From Hormiphora californensis (taxonomy: Eukaryota; Animalia; Ctenophora), in contig CM035354.1 of the NCBI GenBank assembly GCA_020137815.1, positions 8,308,001 through 8,372,000 of the forward strand: 64,000 nt of DNA. The letters run 5' to 3'. The position numbers were made by a program, and so were the translations under genes. Below the pieces are notes generated by a model. That model had not been told where the DNA came from. It saw nothing but the letters and a program-made list of their open reading frames with translations, and ran no database searches. Shown piece by piece: positions 26,074-36,400 of the stretch; positions within the stretch are counted from its first letter, which is position 1; the number at the start of each line of letters is the position of its first letter.

Positions 26074-27956
26074 CTAATTTGAAAACTGATCCATGGACAG
26101 AACCTCGAGAATCTTAGCATCAAGAAACTGCTGTGAATTCTTCGGATCAGGCCCCGTACTGCTGAGCATACTCAGCCCGCTAAGGACGCCCTTGGCACTG
26201 TTAAGTTTCTTGGGACAGGACATTAACTTGTGATTGTTAAGAGAGTCCTTTCTCATGAATGTTCTGCCGCACATTTCACATTTATAGTTCTTTACACCCG
26301 TGTGGGATACCTGGTGACGTTTCAGGGAGGAATAGTGGGCAAACTTCTTACTGCACGTATCACATTTGAAGGGGGCCTCCAGAGAGTGTGTCTGGGAGTG
26401 TCGCTGTAATTCAGAGTGGCTATCATACGTTCTATCACACACTGAACACCGGAATCTCCGGTCGCTATGGTAACGCTTCTTGTGCTTTACCAGGTAGGTC
26501 CGTAGCGAGAAAGTCTTGTCACAGTAGTGACAATGCCACCCCTTGTTCTCGTGGCTCTTCATGTGATCCAGGAGGGTGCCATGGGTCACTATCTCACTGC
26601 ACACCGTACACTGTACACTGTCTTCTGTCGCTGAGGGGGGCAGGTGTGTTAGTAACAGGGGAGCAGGGGTGTTACTTGCTGTTTGATTGAGACAATATCA
26701 TGAGGTGTGCAAAGTAGTCGCATTGTTCTATAACAGTAACCGGAAAATGAATGGGGGCGCTTAGATAAATTACACACGTTATATGTGTGTGTAAATATGA
26801 AGGTATCAGATTCAGATGAATATACTGACAAGTGTGCCCCACACTGCAGCTCTCTCCCTTCTAATTCTGTCTCTCTGTCTCCACTGCAATTCCCCAATTT
26901 GCTGGTGACAGGTGGCCAATTACACTCCCTAGATCGGACGTGGCAGACTGGGGTGCAATGGTTATGCAGATCAAGTGATGAGGCATGCCTCTCTGAACAC
27001 AAACCTGATTCCGGTATAACTGCAGGAATTGGTCCATCAGCAGCAGTAGGATCACCATCCTCTACCATGCTCCTACTAACCACTTCCTCTAGCTCACAGT
27101 CAGTGGTAACTACTACAGCTGGACTATCTACCTCTGCTATCATCTCAACGTCAGAAGAAGAGGATTGCTGGGCTGCTTGGTGTTGGGATCTGAGGGGAGA
27201 GGGGTGTCAGAGTAATGATAGGGAATCTTTGTCATTTCAATATGAATTGACCATTTCTTCATTATAACTGCACGTCCAAAACATTATCTAAACAACTTAC
27301 AGGGTGTTTGATAATTCCTGATGAAGAGTAGCAGTATCCTGTAGTGATCCTAAACTAGCTGGCTCTTGTAAGGATGTCAAGTTAGCTGTCTCCTGCAATG
27401 AGCTGAGATTCTCTATCAACAGGCTCATTTCCTCTGAAAGTTGTGCCACTACCTCATTGGAGTCTACAAACTCTGATTTCAATGTCACGCACTGCTCCTC
27501 TTCTTCTTCGTGGTGATGTACCTCAGGGACTGGTATACACACCACTGGATCAGGTGACGGTATGATAATATCTGGACCTATCTTTTCCTCTATCGCTTTT
27601 ATAACTGGTGATATCTGTTTCACTGAAAGGGAGAGGTAAACTAACTGAGAGGGGTATGCAGGTGGTTAAGAGAGGTAGGGACGCGGGTTTTATAACGGTG
27701 GTCAGCCATTAGACAGGAGCAGGAAATAAAACATACACATAGAGCGAAATGGGAAATTACACCACCCCTGGTACATTACACCGTTTCAACAAATGCTCTT
27801 TCTCTCTTTCTCAGACCTACCTACAGAGACAATACTGATAGTGGTATCTAGGAGAAAGTGTATAAACTCGCTGTCTGTTCGGTGGCTGAAATTAAGGTTG
27901 CATTTCTGTTTGGCAAAGTTATCAGACACACTCGGGTCAGCCAGGATTGGAACCAT
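26074..27956 (-). CDS. C2H2 zinc-finger protein (5 fingers in last exon 26074-26630; acidic middle exons)
   Basis: CxxC...HxxxH repeats with an HTGVKNYKC linker; the last finger is C2HC; ATG at 27956; GT-AG exons near 27820-27956, 27301-27622 and ending at 27190. Confidence 0.85.
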
Positions 27957-28144
27957 TGTCGTGTCTACTACTGGGGACGTTATGTTGTGATAAATCCGAA
28001 TTAACTTTATCAGAATCGTATTGAAAGACAGGGTGCTTTAACAAATTGAGTGTTATTTAAAAAACAATCATAAAAACGAAATAAAACATAAAAGTAGCTC
28101 TCTCTTCTCCTAAAACGGCAGATAAAAAATGTGTTTCTACAAGA

Positions 28145-28828
28145 TTAACTCCCTTTCTTTCCATAGAACCGTGTCACATCAATAGTGGTTTCTTCAGACA
28201 AAGTATCTTGCATAACTTCATGGTTACTGGCTTGGTGTCTTTTGTAACACTTCCCATCTTCATTTGTATAGTAGGGCCATATCACATTGTGTCCAGGATC
28301 ACTCTCCCTCCTGGGATCCCATTTATGGATCTTGACTTGGATAACGTACAAAGGTGGCTTCTTATTGTTCTCCCTTTTAGCTCTACGTATGTCTTGTTCA
28401 CACCAGCAGTGTCCAGGTACATCGAGCAGCTTGTGATTCTTGTTCGGCACAACGTCATTCCCTTTGAATGTTTCGTGCTCTGTCTGAACCCCAACAAAGT
28501 TGACAGAGTATCGATAATCGTCCACAGGAGGACTGAATTGTTTTTTCATTAGCAGTTTTAGGTTTTGTTCAAAATGATCCTTCTGGGCGGCAAACATGTA
28601 ATGCCCTTTCACTTTCCCGCTATCCATGATCCCAAGAAACAGATCACATTCCTCATTTATATTCAAGAACGCACATATGGTACGGGAAGCCGGCTGAAAC
28701 AGTTTTCTGTCTGTCTCATCCGCAGTTACCTGGCTGGAGGATAACCTATCATGAGCTTTGAACTCCATCTGCCGGGTTTCTTCACCAGAAAAAACTCTGT
28801 CCTGTACAAGAATTTCCTCTCTGGCCAT
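28145..28828 (-). CDS. Stand-alone Schlafen/AlbA_2 domain protein, 227 aa, intronless CDS
   Basis: GEETRQMEFK, TICAFLN and LFLGIMDSGKVKG match the Schlafen core motifs. Confidence 0.85.
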   Translation of the reverse strand: MAREEILVQDRVFSGEETRQMEFKAHDRLSSSQVTADETDRKLFQPASRTICAFLNINEECDLFLGIMDSGKVKGHYMFAAQKDHFEQNLKLLMKKQFSPPVDDYRYSVNFVGVQTEHETFKGNDVVPNKNHKLLDVPGHCWCEQDIRRAKRENNKKPPLYVIQVKIHKWDPRRESDPGHNVIWPYYTNEDGKCYKRHQASNHEVMQDTLSEETTIDVTRFYGKKGS

Positions 28829-31204
28829 GATTTACCTAAGACATAGAAAATTGGTAATGAGTTAGTACATATGCATTGGAGCACGCATTAACAGACAACG
28901 CTACACGCTAACTTTCTAAAGTGGTTCTTTCTTCTTCGAGGAATCAGGAATATCGAAAATATCACGTTACAACATCATAATCGCTCAAACTTTACACGTA
29001 TAAATCAAGCTACACCAACAATTCCGAGGTTGATTTTAGGACTTTATAGTAGTTGACTTTATAGTATGTAGTTCCAAACGGCTTTCGCCTACTGCCGTAC
29101 GACATGCCAGCCAGTTTGGTTGAACTAAAATTTACTACATCGATCAGTAGTCAGTAATCTAACCGACGGCGAGACCCTGCCAGTTAGCACTAGACCGTTA
29201 TCCGTTAAAAGTGCTCCAAAATGGGCCGCGAAACTGGAAAGTCACACAGATGACAGATTTTAACTTTTTAAGATTTGTTTCTGTGAGTTTTTATTTTGAA
29301 TTCACCGCGCGCCGCACTTCCAAACAAATACAGCTGCAACGTTTAATTTAAATATTTCACGCGTTACGTTAATTAAACCGAGCTTGAATTATTTAACTTT
29401 GAGATGGCGCGCGCTTGTTCAGTTAAGAGTTTAAAATTTTTAAAGGCAGCACCCAAAAAATGCTTCAAAATTTGGTCTTTGGGTTGAAAAGCGCCGCCCC
29501 ACCCCGCGAACTATCGGGAGCCAGCGGCGTTTGCCAAGGCTTTGGGTTGAAAAGCGCTGCCTTATCCCTATCGGGGGCCAGCGGCGTTTGCCAAGGCTTT
29601 GGGGGCTGGGGCAAATGATCGAACCCAATGTTTGAGACTCATTGCGATAAACTATACATTACCCCCTTTCTCTCTTGGGCAGCTTCCCTTAGGCTGTTGA
29701 AAAATGAAAAGTGATGCCAATCGGTGTTAGGGTCATTTTTTGAAAAGCATTACAAAACATTACTTTAACGTCACGCACACAGCTCAAGTAACGAGTTACA
29801 GTCATACCCCAAAGGCTCGTTTATCACACGCAAGTCTAAAACGTGGAACGTTTCACATTTGTTGGGTCTTTAAAATAATTGTCTGGAGTGTCAGAAAGTG
29901 AGAGACACATTGAGAGGTTCGGAGATCGGGCATTCTTTTGTGAGATGAGTAGTAATGTATGTGTTTCCCTGTGCTCTCATGAGTCTTCTTGAGCTAGGTA
30001 TTTGATTTTCCCTGACCTTCAGGCATTCACCCGGATGATCTTTTTAGCATTCAGGGTTTAGAAATCAGCAATAATCTGTCTGGGTTTAGAAATCAGCAAT
30101 AATCTGTCTGTCACGGACTACGCCTGACAACGCTAGAGTGTGCTCCTTCATCAAATCAAATAATTGTTTTGATGAAATATAATGTTATGAATTGCCAAGC
30201 TAGACTGCCTTTCGCACGCCCCGGGGCCCGCATGCGAAAGACCTTCCTTTAAAATGTAAAGGGAGGGTTAGAACATAAAAACTTATGAAGTCTTTCACCA
30301 GGAAATTCACGCACACACAGGGACGTTTCTGTTTCACTCCAAATAAAATAAAGTTTATAATTTTGTCGCCGCACCCTACGTCATTGTACAATGTTCACTT
30401 CTGATTTGTGGCATGAACTGCGACTTTAATCATTAATACATCACATAACCTTGAAACTGGAGTCTAATTAGACAACCCATCAGCGTTACCGACTCACATA
30501 TCAGCACCCAATTAGAAGGAGGCGTGGCACCAGATCTCATGTCGGCTAATGCTGGGCTAATGCTTTACAGATGCTATTCAATTTTATAATCCTTGATTCT
30601 TGAAGTTCGGTAGAGAAATACAGCATTATGGGTACATAATGCAAATGATTCTTGTTTACGGATCGCTACTTGCATTTTGTAAGTATAAACTTATGTATAA
30701 ACTTAAGTATAAACTCTAAAGTTCTAAAACTAATTTACGAAAACTTCTCTTTAGAATTATATGTAAAAAGTAACAAAGTTTTGCTAGTTTAGGACACTGA
30801 AATTGCCTTTTGCTCTATAGTAGTTCCCATGCTTGATGCAGGTTATTTTTGGAACTGAGCAGTTATGTAGTTTTCAGTTTAAAAATACATATTAGGCACC
30901 AAATTTGGATAAGGAGAGAGTTGAAAGGGGGAAGAAAATTGGAGGGGTGTTCAGTTGATGCTAACTTTAGCAACATTTTAGCTATTTTAATTTTGCAACG
31001 TCAGTAGACAGATGTTTTAGCAATATCACCATGTTAGGATCTCCCTACCTGCAGGCACAGTGAGTTGTTAGGGTATTTAAATCTTCCCGCCACAAGATGA
31101 ACAGCACATTTTGTTCAGTTTTACCAGCCCTCCTACCTCTTGTTTTATCAGCCCTCCTACCTTGCTATCCACTGTGAAACTACTGTTGCTCCCTCCTGAT
31201 CTAC

Positions 31205-31315
<111 letters not shown>

Positions 31316-31424
31316 ATTGTATCTTGTTGCTACTCATTATTGACATTCCATCTGTCAACAATCATGGTGTGTATATATCTGCTTGATGCGTCTGTATTCC
31401 ACATAGTAGGATGTGGATAGTGAG

Positions 31425-32488
31425 ATGACGACAGAGGTTGAGAACCATAAGCTGGTAGTGGTTGGTGGAGGGGGAGTTGGAAAGAGTGCCCTGACTATAC
31501 AGTTTATACAACGTCTCTATGTAGAGGACTATGATCCGACTATTGAGGACAGGTAGGGAACATGTGAACTGTGATATTCTTTCCTGGTTGAAATTGTTGA
31601 CAAAATTTACACTTGCTTGTTATAACACACACAAACACATGTGTAAATGTGCATTCTGTCCATGCAGTTACCGGAAGCGAGCTAACGTTGATGGGAAAGT
31701 AGCAGTTTTAGATAGTAAGTAACTCACTGCTGTAGTCCTTCGTGTTTTTTTTTTTTTTTTTTTTTTTTCACCTCCACGTGGCTATTTCTCAATCCATGGG
31801 GCAGTCCGACTATTGGATGCCGCCAAGCAATGATAATAGCTCTCAATACGGTCCCTTGCTTGACCTCGGTGCCTTGCACCGACACTGTCCGACTCACCCA
31901 ATCAACGAGTGTGTGCTAACAATCTCGATAGCACGCGGAGCAGTTTTGTCAAACAAAGTTATAGACATGATTTCGGACGCAACCCTGACAGCGCTGGCTA
32001 GCACATATGATAGGGTTGCTGACAAACTGACGGACTGGAGAGGGTAGAGGAAAGGAGTGGGATACTTCAGTATATACTATGCACAATGCATAAACTGTTG
32101 AGATCCCGGCTTGCTCCTATTGGCATAATGTCAATAGCGAGAGAGAGATAGAGAGGGAGAGAGAGATAGAGATGAGATCTCGATAGCGATATGACGAGAT
32201 AGAGAGAGCGAGGAGAGAGAGCGATAGACCTGTACCACACACCGTTTGTGTCGTCTTAAATCGAGCAGAGGCACCATGTTAGGTACGTGGTATCATCAGG
32301 GTTTTTCTTCTTGAGATACATTGTCGGGACTGCTGGCTTTGTTCTTCCTGAATAGGTTAATACGACTGTGTACTTGGGGTGAGTGATGATGCCCTAGGGT
32401 CCAAATTTGCCTTTCCCTTTGCAAAAAACGCCCTTTAGAAAAAATTTGAGCACCCCCAAAAAAAAACCAATTTAAAAAATAACTTAAT

Positions 32489-32524
<36 letters not shown>

Positions 32525-32921
32525 CGGGTATTTTAAAATGGGATTTTTTTTTTTTTCCCCAAAAGAAAATTCCTCAATCGGTCCCTTTTGATGGGCCGCC
32601 CAACAGTAATAACCCAATAACGGTTTCCTTGGTTTGACCGGGTTTTGCCTTTTGACAAATTTTCGGCCCAAACCCTAAGGTGGCTAAAAATTTTTGATAG
32701 GGGCTGCAAAACAAAGGGGGTTAAGGGGAAAAGGGGGATTTCGGACAAAAAAATTGAGCCGGTTTGCCCTATGGAAAATTGTCAAAAGGGGAAGAGAGAT
32801 AGAGGGGAGGGAGTGAAGAAAGGAGAGGGGGAGGAAGGGGAAAGAGGAGAGAGAGGAGAGGGAAGAGAGGAGAGAGAGAGAGAGAGAGAGGGGAGAGGAG
32901 AGAGAAGATAGAGAGATAGAG

Positions 32922-32993
<72 letters not shown>

Positions 32994-33361
32994 TGTACCA
33001 CACACCCGTTTGTGTGCGGCTTATAATAGGTAGCGAGGCACCATGGTCACGGGTACGTGGTATCATCAGGGTTTCTGGAGATATATGGTCGTGACTGGCT
33101 TTGTTCTTGCATGTATAGGTTAATACGGTGTACTTGGGGTGAGTGAGTGATGCCGCTAGGTCCAAATTTTACATGGGTGTCCAGTGGATTGGAAAATGTT
33201 CCGCCAGATGGCTTTCCAACCCCCTACCCACTGGCCAGCTGAAAAGTTTTGGTGGGATATATGAGGGTGCGATCTGGTCTAGTCAGGTCAGAAGAGCGAG
33301 ACAGAGGATAGAGAAAGAGAAAGAGAGAGAGAGAGAGAGAGAGTGAGAGAGTGAGAGAGAG

Positions 33362-33452
<91 letters not shown>

Positions 33453-36400
33453 GAGAAAGATGGCAAGAGAAAGATGACAACAGAGAGACCAAGAAGTTAA
33501 AGGGGATAGTAAATACAAACTAATCTAAACAAGAACTGGAAACACTGCCAAAGTGCATGGAGGCCTGGGAATTCCCCGGACTGACAGAGAAAGGTAGGGA
33601 GAGAGAGTGATAGAGACAGAGGGAGGGAGGGTGGGAGGAACGGAGTGCACTGAAACATGGAGAGGTGACTTGTGCTGTTTGGAAGCAAATTTACCAAGAT
33701 TTCAAGAACCTGAAGAATGTCGGTTGTGGTAGTATGAGCGAGTGAACTCACCGCTCCTTATCGGGAGCATGCCCTGCAAATGAACTCCCCTTGCAATAAG
33801 AGGGTGTTAAGATTTGTGATTATTATCGGTTTTCATTTCTTACCCTTGGTTGACCTGTTTGGAATGGTATGGCTGAATTGTGTATTAATACAGGACCTGG
33901 GCGAGAGAGCGGCGACAAACAACCACGCCGAACCAACCAACTAAGAAGCAAACCCATCCGATCCCTGCCTTACACTAAAGAACAAGGAGCAAACACCCCT
34001 TCTCCCTTATTAGGGAGAACAAAACAGCCCTGACACGGGCTACACAAGCGCACCTATAAAAGTACTAGGGGAACAGAAACCCTTGAACCGCACCCTTTCC
34101 CACAGAAAACTCTGCCAGGTCCTGAAATGAGTGAATGGCCTTACCCTTCCTTGAGCAGAAACGTGCCCTGAAACATGTCTCCTAGAAAAGCTAGAACTAT
34201 TAATAACAATATCGAGCCGGCTCTACAAAACCCGCTGGGAAGTGTGACCGCCCTCCTAAATCATATATCACCACACACCAGCACAAGAAGGCTAGGGTCA
34301 TCCAGTAAGAAAGGTGTGATAGGGTACTAGGATCCTAACCGGGGGGGGGGGGGGCTCAACCAGTAGTAAATAATAATACAATGCAACATGACACAAAACT
34401 TATTACTGAACTGAGGGACAGCATACATGACGAAACCTAGAGAAACAAACATGACAGAGATCAGCAGACTGACAACAACGTGACAAGTTTATCTGTTTTG
34501 ATGCGATGGTTGCTTGTAGATCGATGTTTCCAGCTTTACAGGAGGTTGGGTCGGTGTCCTTGTTGAGATACACACACACACTTTGTCTCTCACACTATGT
34601 AATGTGTGATACTCTCTCAAATGTAAACAAATTTCAATAAAGGGGGTAGAGGTCCTTCCCGTGCAACGTAACAAAAAGTGGCAGTGAAAAGTGCCTCAGA
34701 GATGTCTTTCCAACACTTTGTTCTACTCCCACTTTGACAAGTTAGACTGTTATTCGTGCGCCCCGCGAGCGAATAATAAAATAAAATAAAAGAGTTTGAA
34801 CAATAGATCAGGGGAAGAAATAAGCTGTTCTGGAGGTAGGAAGCCTCATTTATATATATTTCAATAAAACCATGACATACAGTGTCGCTATAAAAAGCAT
34901 AGAGACTAGAGAGACCCTCTATAATAGTACAAGCAAGATAATCAAAAGTCTTGATAGGGGAAGACCGAAAGAATGCGCTTCTCTCTGAGAAACTATAGGG
35001 CGTGGCGTCTCTTTAAAACTGATTCCTGACCACCCACCAACACAAAGCTAGGTAACCCTTCCCTTCTCTAGAAGATGGTTAGAGGGAAGAAAACTATTTA
35101 TGCACTCATTTATCTCTCCCTTCTTTCTCCATTTCTAAAATTCTCTCTCCACTTCTCTCTGTCTCTCTCACCCTCTCTCCGTGTTCTAGTAAACCCGGCT
35201 AGATATACACCATCTAACGCGTTAAAAAGGTCACGCCGTACTCGTCTGCTCCTAGAGTTTCACAATCAAACCACTGCTAAACTGTAGGATAAAAACACTA
35301 AATAGAAAGATCGTGTATCAGCATAACTATTTATCACCGAATATTACAGTTTATAATCCACGCGTTGGGTTGAGAATTTCTAAAATTTTGGCTATTAAAC
35401 ATCGTGCTGTCAGAAAATCACCACCACTTCATCATGTCAGTATTTTTCAATTTTCATCAGGCCGTTAAATTTTCGAGGGCTGTTAAATCGGGGTCCGACT
35501 GTATGTACTAGCAAATTGATTATCGGTAGCAAGTAAGCAATGTTATTGGGCGTCAAAAGCTAACAATGTATGTTTTTTGCGCGTTTTCGACTCTGTGAAC
35601 CATACTAGTAACGAGGCATGAAGGGCGCTGTGCTTGTGGCCGATTATATTGACTGAGCAATGAGCATGCTCAGTGAGCAGTGACTGAGCAGTTATTCTTG
35701 TTCTGTCATCTGTCTGCCTGTCTGTCTGTGTCTTAACAACTCTGTCTCCCTATTTAGCAGCAAGGAACTAAGAAAGTAGCCGGACAGAAAATCTAAAACC
35801 AGGATGGTAGGTGAAGTACAGCAGCCGGTACTGTGCGACTATCAGGAAGTGGGATCGGTTACTCCACGACCATTCCTGAAAACAGAGCAAATTATGGTTG
35901 ATCCTCCCCAGATAAAAACTGAACCAGAAGATTTTAAAGTATTCCCAGAAGTTGGTACCGATCCAGGATGCATCAAACAGGAAGAAGGAGAGGTAGATTG
36001 TAAAAAAGAGCCTGGTCTAGTGAAGATGGAACCAGTATCCGAGAATTCCGATACCTCAACTTTACCGATCCCGTTGCATACAATTCCACAAGAGGGTGAG
36101 TTATTCAGGAACAACATGTATTGTCTGTTTTTTTTTAAATCGTTCATTCAAATTGTAACCCTTATCATTTCAGCTGGGTTGTTAAAGAATCTACACATCC
36201 TGGAAAACAATCCTTTTTATACATCCAATGAATCTCAAAACGGATCAACTGCACTACCAAATGAACAAGTTTCAGAAAAGAGGAAATCTACATTTGGGAA
36301 CTCAAGAGAAAATACTTTCGAATGTGAGGAATGTGGTAAAAAGTTATCAACATCTAGAGGATTCAGGCGCCACTATAAGACACATACGGGAGATCGGCCT

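Noticed and set aside
29480-30110. Short tandem duplications (about 60 bp GC-rich at 29480-29603; 29 bp at 30053-30110)
   Set aside because: Two-copy local duplications with no TIR, TSD or coding signal
31745-33170. Apparent tandem duplication (31745-32410 vs 32490-33170)
   Set aside because: Each copy is clean where the other is stuttered after poly-T or AG tracts, so these are probably two reads of one locus assembled in tandem
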